64,000 nucleotides of DNA from an uncultured Candidatus Rokubacteria bacterium (GCA_963805625.1 CAWDVE010000017.1:160001-224000), one strand, 5' to 3'. Counted from the stretch's first letter, positions 10,201 through 21,207 are shown. A program made the numbers and translations. Notes: generated from the sequence alone by a model not told the origin.

Positions 10201-11362
10201 ACGCGAGCCGTCGGCCCTCCCAGCGGACCGCCAGCGGTGCGATGGACTCGACCGTGGCCGCCGTCGCCCCGGGCGCTCGAGGCGCGGCTGCCTCGAGCGG
10301 GAGCGGGTCCTCGGGCGGGACGGGCTGGTCGGACCGGATCGTGCGGCTTCGCGCGGGTCGGGCCGGCTCCTCGCGCCCCAGGCCGTGCTTCACCATGCGG
10401 TACCGGAGGGTGTCCCGGGAGATCCCCAGACGCGCGGCCGCCCGCGTGACGTTGCCGCCGGTCTGACGCAGGGCCTCGACGAGATGCACCCGCTCCACGC
10501 TGCCCAGCGCCACCGCGAGTGCGGGCGACTCCGGCGCCTTTGGCTCGCCCCGGGCGTCCGTGGCCGCTGGTGCCGCCGGCACGGTGGGCAGCCCAAGGAG
10601 CTCCGCGGTCACCACCGGGGCCTCGGAGAGGAGCGCAACGCGCTCCATCACGTTTGCCAGCTCCCGCACGTTCCCGGGCCACGGATAGGCGAGGAGTGCC
10701 GCCCGGGCGTCCAGCGTGAGACTCCGCGAGGGGAGTCGATACTCCGCGCACGCCCGGCCGAGGAAGTGCTCTGCGAGGAGGAGCACGTCCTCGCCTCGGT
10801 CGCGCAGCGGTGGAATGGTCAGCGTCACCACGGCGAGGCGGTGATAGAGGTCCTCGCGGAATCGTCGCGCATGTGCCGCGCTCGCGAGGTCCTCGTTGCT
10901 GGCCGTGACGATCCAGACGTCGACGGGCTCGCTCCGGGTGCTGCCGAGCCGCCGGACGGCGCGGTCCTCGAGCGCCTTGAGGAGCTTGGCCTGGAGCGCC
11001 TCCGGCAGGAGACCCACCTCGTCCAGGAAGATCGTCCCGTGGTTGGCCGTCTGGAAGAGGCCGGCCTTCGCATGGCGCGCGTCCGTGAAGGCGCCGCGCT
11101 CGTAGCCGAAGAGCTCGGCCTCGAGCAGGGTTTCGGGAATCGCCGCGCAGTTGACGTCGACGAATTGCCCGGAGGATCGAGGCCCCGCACGGTGGAGGGC
11201 CCGCGCGAGCAACCCCTTGCCCACGCCCGTCTCGCCCTGGATCAGGACGGGCGGCAACCGGCCGCGCTCGGACTGCCGCTGGAGAAGCCGCGCCGCCGTC
11301 TCGCGGACCGCGACTATCCCCGGGCTCTCCCCGAGCAACTCGAGCAGGAGAGGCGGTGCCAT
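7232..11362 (-). CDS. Sigma54-interacting AAA+ activator with Fis HTH, fused to a degenerate cyclase-like domain, a STAND NTPase and TPR-like repeats
   Basis: GETGVGK, ELFGYERGAFTDA, IFLDEV, WPGNVREL, HTH GNVTRAAARLGISRDTLRYR; second P-loop GEAGIGKSRL, IEDLHW, GNPFFLEE; helical-repeat C-terminus. Alternative ATG at 11374. Confidence 0.9.
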   Translation of the reverse strand: MAPPLLLELLGESPGIVAVRETAARLLQRQSERGRLPPVLIQGETGVGKGLLARALHRAGPRSSGQFVDVNCAAIPETLLEAELFGYERGAFTDARHAKAGLFQTANHGTIFLDEVGLLPEALQAKLLKALEDRAVRRLGSTRSEPVDVWIVTASNEDLASAAHARRFREDLYHRLAVVTLTIPPLRDRGEDVLLLAEHFLGRACAEYRLPSRSLTLDARAALLAYPWPGNVRELANVMERVALLSEAPVVTAELLGLPTVPAAPAATDARGEPKAPESPALAVALGSVERVHLVEALRQTGGNVTRAAARLGISRDTLRYRMVKHGLGREEPARPARSRTIRSDQPVPPEDPLPLEAAAPRAPGATAATVESIAPLAVRWEGRRLAFLRSALVLPADADPGFSPSRALETLVEKIQTFGGRIEEMSPTGIVAAFGLEPIEDAPQRAALAATAVHKAAERASGGEGAGIWVHSGIAVRRVLVGSSRGGAQVDLDGKREAWTVLDTLLGLAEPGAILVEEAAAAFLARHFDLAPVDGAGAAGPVHRLVATERPGSGRGRRAPMFVGRARELGLLWSRLEDALRGHGQVVGLLGEAGIGKSRLLHEFRERLLGEPERRVTFLEGWCQSYASAIPYFPILDILRSNFRITEGESQDVIAGKIRTGVQEVGIEPAGAVPYVFRLFGISEGTEALAALTTSAVKARTFEALRQLVLQGARRRPILFVIEDLHWIDSTSEECLTTLMDSAAGAPAMCIVTYRPGYRAPWMDRSYVTQVALPPLSREDSLSVVRSVRRTDAVSDRVAEVILEKAEGNPFFLEELSRVVDGAVEAAPGLAVPDTIQEVLLARIDRLPDEPRRLLQTAAVVGQEVPLALLHAVWEGELDSNLRELMRLEFLHAKSGGGEPLCAFTHSLTRDVAYESLPPARRRVLHGAIARALEAVYADRLGEVYDRLAHHYGRTDEAAKAVLYLTRLANQAVSAHALAEAVRILEEARTHVERLPPAEQDRRRLELVLLQAYSMTPLGALQDIVSLLLRHQGSLESLGDPRLAGPYHLLLGRSYLFLADQRQASHHLEVGLAEAKRCDDDATRGKIHYVLAQHDVMSGHPRDGLEHGRRAVALLERAGESWWIGPAHWAVGLNHALLGEFDAALAAQAQAMARGTEVGDPQVASSAAWASGVVHVCRGDLEAGIRSCEDALTRSPDPLNTALALGWLGFAWLERGDLAPAMTRLEEALRLLDQFRFRSPQAWFSAFLAEAHRGAHRLETALELASQGLEHARATGSTQGIGWAERALGHIAQARGALGDAQDHLHEALGAFEAVGAEFEIARTWFDLAMLAHARGDASATAAHVGEAARRFRALGVPRWVERVEEHVRAWGAVS

Positions 11363-11372
11363 GGGAGCGCCC

Positions 11373-11402
11373 ATCCTACTCCGGCCGAGCGCCCAAGCTC
11401 AA
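11373..11402 (-). promoter_or_regulatory. Putative sigma70 promoter of the activator gene
   Basis: TTGAGC-N18-TAGGAT on the minus strand, 10 nt before the ATG at 11362. Confidence 0.45.
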
Positions 11403-11549
11403 CCGGTGCCCTGGCTGACCCAAGCGCGTCTCGCCCGTGACTCGAGGCGACGGATTTTCCCCCACCGTTGCCGTGTCCCCACCCGGTGGGTCACGTACCT
11501 CATCGATGGCGTGATCCGTAAGTACATGCTGTGAATCAGTTTTCATCGA

Positions 11550-11564
11550 TGGCACTGAGGTTGC
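11550..11564 (+). promoter_or_regulatory. Sigma54 (-24/-12) promoter
   Basis: TGGCAC-TGAGG-TTGC matches TGGCAC-N5-TTGC; it follows an AT-richer stretch and is divergent from a sigma54 activator gene. Confidence 0.8.
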
Positions 11565-11668
11565 CCCACCTTGGGCCAGTGGCGACGGCTCGAAGGCGTT
11601 GCCGGGGGAGGGCGGGGATGGCCGGATGCAGCGTGGTGGTCGTGGATGAGCCCGGGCTGGAGACCACC

Positions 11669-12763
11669 ATGCCGAGCATGCCCTGGGGGAGGCTCCTCCT
11701 GGGTGGGCTCGGTTTCCTGGCGCTGACAGTGGGCGCGTTCTGGTGGCTGTTCGCCCGGGTCCCGGGCGACCATGCGGCGCCGCTCCTGGGAGATCTGCGC
11801 TGGGGCTACTTCATCCTCCTGCTCCTGGCCCTGCCGGTCGAGAGCGTGACCTCGGCCGCGCGGATCTGGCTCATCTGCCGCGTGCTCCACCCGGGCGTCT
11901 CGTTCTGGGCGTGCATCCAGTCCGAGCTCGCCAACATCGGGATCTCGATCCTCACGCCATCGCAGTCGGGTGGTGGCGCAGGCCAGGTCTACATGCTCAC
12001 CCGCAGCGGGGTGAGCGTCGGCACCGGGCTCACCGCGACCCTCATCTCGTTCATGGGGACGATGGTGGGGCTTCTCCTGATGGGGCTCTACTCGCTCCTG
12101 ATCTCCGGGGTGGGGGCCAGCGGGTTCGTCTTCCTCGCCCCGGTGTGGACGCTGACGGCAATCGCCGCCGCGCTCCTCCTCGGGGCCACCTGGCCGGATC
12201 TCTGCCGCATCGCGCTGGCCGCGCTCTCGCGGACGGTCTGGCGCCTGCTGCGCCGGCCCGGGGCCGTCATCGACTGGTGGCCCCCTGGCGCGCCTCGCTC
12301 GGGTCCCGCCGTCGACCGGATGGACGCCACGATGGCCCGACTGGTGGACCTTCTCTACACCTACCGCGAGGACGCCCGGCGCTTTCTTCGCCACGGCAAG
12401 GCGTGCTTCGCGGCGGTCTGCCTGCTCAGCCTGAGCTTTCTCCTGGCGCGGGCCCTCATGCCGTATCTCTGCGCGCGCTTCCTCGGAGTCGAGGGTGGGT
12501 CCTTGCGCCAGATCGTGGAGGCGCAGATGGCCCTCATCTTCCTGGTCTTCTTCGCCCCGACCCCGGGAGGCGCGGGCATCGCCGAGGGAGCCTCGCTCTC
12601 GATCATGGCGGACATCGTGCCCCCCGGCATCGCGCCTTACTACAACCTGCTCTGGCGATTCTCGACGACCTACCTCGCCGCCCTGGCGGGGTTCCTGTGT
12701 CTCGGCCGGGCCCTCGCCCGGGATGCGTCCAGGATCACGCCCCGTCAACCCGAGCCGCGGTGA
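11669..12763 (+). CDS. Lysylphosphatidylglycerol synthase TM-domain (flippase-like) membrane protein
   Basis: Multiple TM helices with family motifs LTPSQSGGG, APTPGGAGIAEG and LLWRFSTTYL. Confidence 0.85.
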   Translation: MPSMPWGRLLLGGLGFLALTVGAFWWLFARVPGDHAAPLLGDLRWGYFILLLLALPVESVTSAARIWLICRVLHPGVSFWACIQSELANIGISILTPSQSGGGAGQVYMLTRSGVSVGTGLTATLISFMGTMVGLLLMGLYSLLISGVGASGFVFLAPVWTLTAIAAALLLGATWPDLCRIALAALSRTVWRLLRRPGAVIDWWPPGAPRSGPAVDRMDATMARLVDLLYTYREDARRFLRHGKACFAAVCLLSLSFLLARALMPYLCARFLGVEGGSLRQIVEAQMALIFLVFFAPTPGGAGIAEGASLSIMADIVPPGIAPYYNLLWRFSTTYLAALAGFLCLGRALARDASRITPRQPEPR

Positions 12764-12791
12764 TCCCGCGCACGAACGGAGGGCTCGAGCC

Positions 12792-13379
12792 ATGACCATC
12801 ACCGACTTCGCCGTGCACCTGGTCCTGGGTACGATCCTCATCATCGGGGCCTACCAGTTCTACTTCTGGTGCCAGCGAAACCCCCTCAGGCCGGTCCGAG
12901 AGTTCCGGCTCTCCCTCGATGACCGCATCCCCTACTGGCCCGCGTGGGTCTGGATCTACAGCTTCCTCTACTACCCGGTCATCCTCTACACGACCTGGGT
13001 GGTCGATTCGTCCCGCGAGTTCGTCTACCTCGCAGTGAGCTTCCTGGGGCTTCTCGCCATGCAGATGGCCTTCTTCCTCGTGTTCCCGGTTGCGACGCCC
13101 GAGTCCTGGCGCGCCATCAACCGCCGGCGGACGTGGTCGGAGCGGTTTCTCGCGTTCGTCCAGCGGTTCGACGCCCGGTCGAACAGCTTCCCGAGCATGC
13201 ACACCTCCGTGGCGATGCTGACGGCCCTCTACCTCCAGCCACACTTCGGCACGTGGGTCTTCGGCTTCCCGACGCTGATCGGACTTTCGTGCCTGTTCAC
13301 CAAGCAGCACTACCTGGTCGACCTGCCCGCGGGGGCCGCGCTCGGCTTGCTCGCGTATCGCTTCTTTGCCATCGCGTGA
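12792..13379 (+). CDS. PAP2-superfamily, AUR1/inositol-phosphorylceramide-synthase-like membrane phosphotransferase
   Basis: LDDRIP..P.WVWIY, NSFPSMH (C2) and KQHYLVD (C3) are present; no C1 KxxxxxxRP motif. Confidence 0.8.
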   Translation: MTITDFAVHLVLGTILIIGAYQFYFWCQRNPLRPVREFRLSLDDRIPYWPAWVWIYSFLYYPVILYTTWVVDSSREFVYLAVSFLGLLAMQMAFFLVFPVATPESWRAINRRRTWSERFLAFVQRFDARSNSFPSMHTSVAMLTALYLQPHFGTWVFGFPTLIGLSCLFTKQHYLVDLPAGAALGLLAYRFFAIA

Positions 13380-13392
13380 GAAGGGCCCAGCC

Positions 13393-13899
13393 ATGACCCT
13401 GCGCGCAGGCATCGAAGGTCTGTTCGAGATGCAGGTGACCCAGCTCGCCGCGTCCCGGGAGTTCCGGGCGCTGGAGAGCGGGAGCACCCCGCCGGCCGAT
13501 TACGACCGGTTCCTCGGCGACGTCGTACGGACGCACCTCCGGGCGACGGAGTTCGTCGCTTTCCTCTGCGCGCTGGCGCCGCCCGCGACGAGCGAGAGCC
13601 GTCTGCGGAACCTCCTGGAGGAGCTTCATCACCCCGGACTCCTGCGGCAGCTGGCCGCGGGCGCGGGACTGGGCGACCGGCTGCCCGAGCTGGAGGCCCT
13701 GGCCGCCGCCGACGTCCGTCGCCTCGTCGTCGAGCCGGTGCTCTACCGGACGCTCGGCGAGGTGGGGCTCGCCGCGTTCTGCGAGGACGAGGACGGGCTG
13801 GCCATCGCCGAGCTGACCTTGCGGGAGAACGTGTTCCTCCGGCGGTACTTCCGGGACGGAACGCTCGCGGGAGTGGAGGGCACGCCGTGCGGCTCGTAA
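13393..13899 (+). pseudogene. Heme-oxygenase-like (TenA/PqqC/CADD-type) helical protein, probably internally deleted
   Basis: Helical 168 aa with NLLEE.HH.LL resembling the first metal-ligand helix; it is short and lacks a second His/Glu/Asp ligand helix. Assignment is inference. Confidence 0.4.
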
Positions 13900-15029
13900 G
13901 CGCGACGGTCTATGCCCTCAGGATCCCGTTCCTCACGTCCGTTCGCCACAGCCTCGGAAACCGGACGTGGAGCGACTCCGTGGTCGTCCGCGTCCTGGAT
14001 GCGGACGGTGTCGAGGGGTTCGGGGAGGCGGCTCCGCGGCCCTACGTCACCGGCGAGACGCCCGCCGCCGTCGTCGAGCACCTGGCGCGGGTCCTCTGGC
14101 CGGTTGTCCGCGGGGCCGCGTTGCCCGATCTCGGGAGTCCCGCGGACCTCGAGGCCATGGAGCGGCTCGTGCCCGACGGCGGGCCGGCGGCGGGGCGCCA
14201 TCACGCCGCGCGCTCGGCGCTGGAGCTGGCGCTTGTCGACCGGGCGCTCCGGTACCGGGGCGCCTCGGCGGCGACCCTCCTTCCGCCGCTCCGCAGCCAG
14301 GTCGTCTACGGAGGGGCGATCACCGCGGAGTCGCCCGATCGCGCGGCCCGGCAGGCGCGCTGGGCGCGGCTGGCCGGCCTCCGACAGGTGAAGGTCAAGG
14401 TCGGGGTGGGCGACGACGGCGCCCGCGTCGACGCGGTGCGGGACGTTCTGGGTCCCGACGTGACGATCAGAGCGGACGCCAACGGTGCCTGGACGCCCGT
14501 CGAGGCCCGGGCCGCGGTGATTCGACTCGCCCGGTGCGGAGTCGCCAGCGTGGAGCAGCCGATTCCACCCGGCTCCCCCTGGATCCTGGCCCGCCTCCGG
14601 GCGGAGTGCCCGCTTCCCCTGGTGGCGGACGAGTCCCTCGTGACCCCGGCCGATCTGGAGGCCCTCATCGCGGCGGGCGCGGTGGACGCCGTCAACGTGC
14701 GCGTCTCGAAGTGCGGTGGCTTCGCGCGATCCGTGGCGATGGCCCGCCGCGCGGCGGCGGCCGGCCTTGAGGTCCAGGTGGGAAGCCACGTGGGTGAGAC
14801 GGCCGTCCTCGCGGCGGCTGGCCGCCACCTCGCCGCCGGGCTTGAGACCCCGGTCTTCGTGGAAGGGTCGTACGGTACGCTCCTGCTCGTCGAGGACGTG
14901 TCGGACGACGGTCTACGATTCGGCCACCGTGGCGAGGCGCCGCTCTTGACCGGACCGGGCTGGGGCGTCCGCGTGCGAGTGGACCGGCTTCGCCGACACG
15001 CCCAAGCGGTTGTCGAGCTGGCGGCGTAG
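13887..15029 (+). CDS. Enolase superfamily protein, muconate cycloisomerase/dipeptide epimerase subgroup
   Basis: GFGEA.PR.YVTGET, KVKVG, metal ligands DANGAW / EQP / ADES, NVRVSKCGG, and EGS in place of DxD. Confidence 0.88.
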   Translation: MRLVSATVYALRIPFLTSVRHSLGNRTWSDSVVVRVLDADGVEGFGEAAPRPYVTGETPAAVVEHLARVLWPVVRGAALPDLGSPADLEAMERLVPDGGPAAGRHHAARSALELALVDRALRYRGASAATLLPPLRSQVVYGGAITAESPDRAARQARWARLAGLRQVKVKVGVGDDGARVDAVRDVLGPDVTIRADANGAWTPVEARAAVIRLARCGVASVEQPIPPGSPWILARLRAECPLPLVADESLVTPADLEALIAAGAVDAVNVRVSKCGGFARSVAMARRAAAAGLEVQVGSHVGETAVLAAAGRHLAAGLETPVFVEGSYGTLLLVEDVSDDGLRFGHRGEAPLLTGPGWGVRVRVDRLRRHAQAVVELAA

Positions 15030-15041
15030 GGCGAGGTCCGG

Positions 15042-15691
15042 ATGGGCACCTTGCTCAGGGCCGGGCTTCGACTCCGGGAGTGGAGGCACGACGTCCGCTT
15101 CGAGCGGGCCACGGCGGGGCCCGCTCGCGCGCAGGCGACGGCGCTCCAGGCGCTTCTCCAGCGGAATGCCCGGACGGCCTTCGGCCGGGAGCAAACCTTC
15201 GTCGAGGTCCGCGGGTATCACCGCCGGACACCCCTGGTCGCCTTCGTCCGAAAGGGCCGGGACACGACGAGCATCACCGGGGAGAAGCTCCACCTCAATC
15301 ACGTCCGGGCCGCGGTTCGAGCGGCCGAGGACGCGACGCAGGTCGAGGTCTGGCAGTTCCGCCTGATTCCCGACGTCGAGACCTGTCGCTAAGACCTGCT
15401 CGTCGAGCCGCGCGGGGCCGGCCTCGACGCGCTCGGGGCCGAGGCATTCGCGCGGTCGGTCGACGAGGCGCTCGGCCGGACAACGTGGAGTACGCGGCGA
15501 AGCGACGCTCCCGCCGGCTCGGGCCTCCGCGCCTCTGCGTCATGCGGGCGGGGTGGGCCGAGCGACAGTGCCAGGCCGAATTCGCCCGGGGCCGGCGGGA
15601 AGTGCAGCACAAGTGGCCGGCGATCCAGCCCGCGTGGGATCGCGAGAGCCGCGGCGAGGTCGTCCGAATCTGGGGGGAGGGAGCCGCGTGA
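15042..15691 (+). pseudogene. GH3-family acyl-adenylate amide ligase, disrupted
   Basis: A GH3 N-terminus (P..AQ...L..LL..NA.T.FGRE) is joined near 15200 to the C-terminal part (TP.V.F..KG....SITGEKL; N.EY..KR.S.RL; Q.K.P). The central adenylation core is missing; TAA at 15390-15392 and a frameshift near 15480. Confidence 0.8.
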
Positions 15692-16369
15692 CGAGAGAGA
15701 CAGCCCGGCGGGCGGGTCAAGCGCTCCTCTGGTGGGGTGTCGTCGGCGGGCCGATTCTCGCGTGGTGGCCCGGGGCGCTGCGGCTGCCCGCGCTCTGGGC
15801 GGTCGTCGTCCTCGGCGTGCTGGCGAACGCGCTCCAGCCGTCCTACCGATTCCGGGACACCGCCCGGTCACCGGAGGATGGCGGCACATTCCGTCAGATC
15901 ATGCTCACCGTCTATGGGAGCCAGGCGGCCGCACTCGTCGAGCTCGTCCTCCGCCGGCCCGCGGGGCTGCCCTTCGACGCGCTGGGCATGGGCGCCCTCC
16001 TGGCGATGGGCGCGGGCCTCGCCCTCCGGACGTGGGCGATCGCCACGCTCGGCGGCTGGTTCACGCTGCGCGTGGCCATGGAACCCGCGCAGCGCCTGGT
16101 TGACGAGGGGCCGTACCGCCTGATGCGCCATCCGAGCTACGCGGGAGCATTCCTCGCCTTCGTCGCGAGTGCGGTCCTGCTGCGCGCGTGGGTGGCGACG
16201 GCCCTGGGCGCGGTGGCCCTCTACTTGGCCTTCCGGCGCCGGATCCACCACGAGGAGCGAGTGCTGGCGGCGGGCCTGCCTGGCTACCGGGCCTACATGA
16301 CGCGGACGGGTGCGCTTTTGCCGCGTCTCGGACCCTGGTCCGCCCGGCGGGCGCCGGCCACCGAGCGGG

Positions 16370-17347
<978 letters not shown>

Positions 17348-17362
17348 CGCGGTGTCCTCTCC

Positions 17363-18337
<975 letters not shown>

Positions 18338-18411
18338 GAGAGCTCCTTGTCAGCAGCCTGCCGTGATGTCGCGGGTCACGCAGCGGATGGAGGCGTCGCG
18401 CATCCGGAGCC

Positions 18412-19203
18412 TCAGGCGCCGCGGGCGGCTTGCCGCTCGCGCGCCCGGCGCGACCACTCGCTCGCGGGGAACTCGTCGACCAGGCGCTTCAGGACGGATG
18501 CCGCCTCGTCCGAGCGGCCCAGCCGGACCAAGGCGTCGGCCTTCTGGTAGAGGGCCTCGGGCGCGGCCTGGGTCCGGCCGTAGTCCTTGATTACCGTGTC
18601 GAACCGAGGTAGCGCCGCCTCGTACTTCCCCTGACGCACGTAGAACGCCGCGATCCACAGCTCCTTCTGGGCCAGTCGCAGGCGGCATGCCTCGATCTTG
18701 ACGATGGCGTCGGGGGCGTAACGGCTCTCGGGGTAGAGGCGGATCAGCTTCTGGAACTCGGTGAGCGCCTGGGCGGTGAGCTTCTGGTCCCGCTCCACGG
18801 TCGGCATCTGGTCGAAGTAGGTTCGCGCGAGCCGGTACTGGCCGAGGTCCGCGATCTGGTTGCTCGGATAGAGAGTGACGAAGGTCTCGAACTCCGGCCC
18901 GGCCTTCTCGTAGTCCTTGTTCCGGAAGTAGCTCTCTCCGATCAGGAAGCGAGCCACCGGAGCCAGATCCGACTCCGGGTGTCGCTCGACGAGCCACGAG
19001 AACTGCTCGCGGGCCTGCGGGTACTTCTCCTGGAGGAGGAGCCGCTCCCCGTCTTCGTAGAGCTTCGCGGCGGGAGCGACGGTGGTCGGACGGCCGCCGA
19101 AAAGGGTGCAGCCCGAGAGCAGGAGAACAACGGCAGCGAGAGCGAGTGCTCCTCGCCGGAACGGCCGTCGTCTCGAATCGCTTGAGCGCTTGAGGATGAG
19201 CAC
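18412..19203 (-). CDS. bamD: Outer membrane protein assembly factor BamD (TPR lipoprotein)
   Basis: Lipobox LLSGC, TPR helices, ERDQ..T..A..EF..LI..YP.S.YA, LA..EL.IA.FY. Confidence 0.88.
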   Translation of the reverse strand: MLILKRSSDSRRRPFRRGALALAAVVLLLSGCTLFGGRPTTVAPAAKLYEDGERLLLQEKYPQAREQFSWLVERHPESDLAPVARFLIGESYFRNKDYEKAGPEFETFVTLYPSNQIADLGQYRLARTYFDQMPTVERDQKLTAQALTEFQKLIRLYPESRYAPDAIVKIEACRLRLAQKELWIAAFYVRQGKYEAALPRFDTVIKDYGRTQAAPEALYQKADALVRLGRSDEAASVLKRLVDEFPASEWSRRARERQAARGA

Positions 19204-19228
19204 GCGCCTCCCGTGCGGTGAGTACGCT

Positions 19229-19257
19229 ATCCTAGGAGGCGCCTTCGATCAAGTCAA
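19229..19257 (-). promoter_or_regulatory. Sigma70 promoter of bamD-oppD-oppF
   Basis: TTGACT-N17-TAGGAT on the minus strand. Confidence 0.65.
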
Positions 19258-19429
19258 GGCCAAAGTCCCGCATTTTCGGGCCTTGCGGGGGCCCGGCGCC
19301 TGAGGTATAGGCATGCTCGGGACCGCAGAGCGGGCCCCCTGCCGTCCCGCAATCCTCTATCATGGGAGATGGCTGGGCGCGGGGGCAGCGCCGGCCCGAG
19401 TGACCGCACCGGCGCAAGGAGGCCCAGCG

Positions 19430-19852
19430 GTGGCAAGGATGACGCGCAGGGCGCGGGGGATCAACTGGTCCGTCGGCGCCATGGTCCTCGCGGTGAGTCT
19501 CGCGGGCTGCACGGGTGGGCCCACGTCGGGTCCGCGGCTCATGCAGGCCGGCGACTTCAAGTGGCTGGCCGGCCAGTGGCGCGGATCCTCGTATGTCCAG
19601 GCGGAGGCGACGACCAATATCGAAGGGGTCATCTACGAGAACGGCTCCTTCTTCATCGCGCCCCGTGGGATGCCCGGGGCTCAGCAGCCGGGGCAGATGA
19701 AGATCGTCGACGGGGGCGTCGTGTATGAGACGACGACGTCGGAGGGCAAGATGACCTTCTTGGAGGCTTCGACGGAGTGGGTCTGGCAGTGGCAGGGCAA
19801 GACCAAGATCGGGGACCGCGCCGTGACGCACGAGCTCAGGAAGCCGAAGTGA
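19430..19852 (+). CDS. Hypothetical lipoprotein
   Basis: AGGAGG RBS before GTG 19430 (alternative ATG 19439), lipobox LAGC, beta-rich mature part (WLAGQWRG). Confidence 0.7.
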   Translation: MARMTRRARGINWSVGAMVLAVSLAGCTGGPTSGPRLMQAGDFKWLAGQWRGSSYVQAEATTNIEGVIYENGSFFIAPRGMPGAQQPGQMKIVDGGVVYETTTSEGKMTFLEASTEWVWQWQGKTKIGDRAVTHELRKPK

Positions 19853-19877
19853 GGCCCTTCGTTCCAGGAGGAACACA

Positions 19878-21149
19878 ATGAGATTGACCGGCATTCCGCG
19901 AGCATCCCACACCCCCCGCATGGCCCGGGTCAAGCAGCAGTTCGCGGGGCCGATGCTCCAGGACATCCCCGCCGCGGTACGGCAAACGCTCGGGAGCCTC
20001 GCGCTGCCGATCAAACCCGGACAGAGTGTAGCGCTGGCGGTCGGGAGTCGCGGCATCGTGAACATCAACGTGATCGCGAAGGCCGCGGTGGAGCACATGA
20101 AGGCGCTCGGCGCCAAGCCGTTCATCTTCCCGGCGATGGGAAGCCACGGCGGCGGCACGGCGGAAGGCCAGCGCTCGGTGCTCGAGCACTACGGCGTCAC
20201 CGAGGCCACGATGGGGTGTCCCGTGCGCGCCACGATGGACGTGGTCCAGCTCGGCGAGGCGCTTGGGCTGCCCGTATGGCTCGACCGCTACGCGTCGGAG
20301 GCGGACTGGATCGGCATCATCAACCGCGTCAAGCCTCATACCGACTTCGTCGGCGGCATCGAGTCGGGCCTCTTCAAGATGATGACGATCGGCGTCGGGA
20401 AGCATCGCGGCGCCGTCCAGGCGCACCGGGCGGCCGTCCGGCACCGGTACGAGCCCATGGTGGTGGCCTTCGGGCGCGAGGTGCTCCGGAAGGCCCGGAT
20501 CGCCTTCGGGCTCGGCATCGTCGAGAACGGGTACGACGAGACGGCCGTGGTCCAGGCGTTCCTGCCGGGTGACCTGGAGGCCGGGGAGCGCGAGCTTCTG
20601 CGCCGGGCCAAAAGCTGGATGGCGCGGCTGCCATTCGAGCAGATCGACCTCCTGATCGTCGACGAGATGGGCAAGGACATCTCGGGGTCGGGGATGGACT
20701 CGAACATCATCGGGCGCCACGGGACATTCTTCGAGCCGCCCTACACGAGCCCCAAGGTCACGTTCATCGTGGTCTCCGACCTGACGGCGCACACCTACGG
20801 CAATGCGATCGGGCTCGGCAGCGCCGACTTCGTGACGCGCCGGCTGGTCGACAAGATCGACTGGGAAGCGACGTACGTGAACGGGCTCACCGCCTGCTCG
20901 CCGGCCGGCTGCAAGATGCCGGCGACGCTCGATTCGGCCCAAGAGGCGGTCTCGATCGCGCTGTCGTGCCTCGGGCTCGACCGCGTGGAAGACGCCCGGG
21001 TGGTGCGGATCAAGAACACGCTCCAGATCGCCGAGGTGGACGTCTCCGAGAACCTGATTCCCGAGGTTGCCAGGCGCGACGACCTCACGCAGGTCGGCGA
21101 TCCGGGGCCGATCACTTTCGACGCGACCGGCTACCTCCTGCCGTTCTGA
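19878..21149 (+). CDS. LarA-like (lactate racemase N-terminal/DUF2088) protein
   Basis: VGSRGI, PAMGSHGG, NRVKPHTDF, ESGLFKM, GKDISGSGMD.NIIGR; strong AGGAGG RBS. Confidence 0.8.
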   Translation: MRLTGIPRASHTPRMARVKQQFAGPMLQDIPAAVRQTLGSLALPIKPGQSVALAVGSRGIVNINVIAKAAVEHMKALGAKPFIFPAMGSHGGGTAEGQRSVLEHYGVTEATMGCPVRATMDVVQLGEALGLPVWLDRYASEADWIGIINRVKPHTDFVGGIESGLFKMMTIGVGKHRGAVQAHRAAVRHRYEPMVVAFGREVLRKARIAFGLGIVENGYDETAVVQAFLPGDLEAGERELLRRAKSWMARLPFEQIDLLIVDEMGKDISGSGMDSNIIGRHGTFFEPPYTSPKVTFIVVSDLTAHTYGNAIGLGSADFVTRRLVDKIDWEATYVNGLTACSPAGCKMPATLDSAQEAVSIALSCLGLDRVEDARVVRIKNTLQIAEVDVSENLIPEVARRDDLTQVGDPGPITFDATGYLLPF

Positions 21150-21207
21150 ACGCGGTCCCACCCCGGCGGCCCGACGACGGTCGCGTGCCGCCGGGGGTCG
21201 ACCGCGT
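21150..21207. terminator. Long GC-rich hairpin between convergent genes
   Basis: ACGCGGTC..CCCCGGCGGC pairs with GCCGCCGGGG..GACCGCGT. Confidence 0.55.

Noticed and set aside
8747-11440. Long antisense and alternate-frame ORFs (e.g. 897 aa here, also 16310-18550, 30627-32888, 57048-58898)
   Set aside because: These are shadow ORFs expected at very high GC; they overlap well-supported genes and have no motifs.
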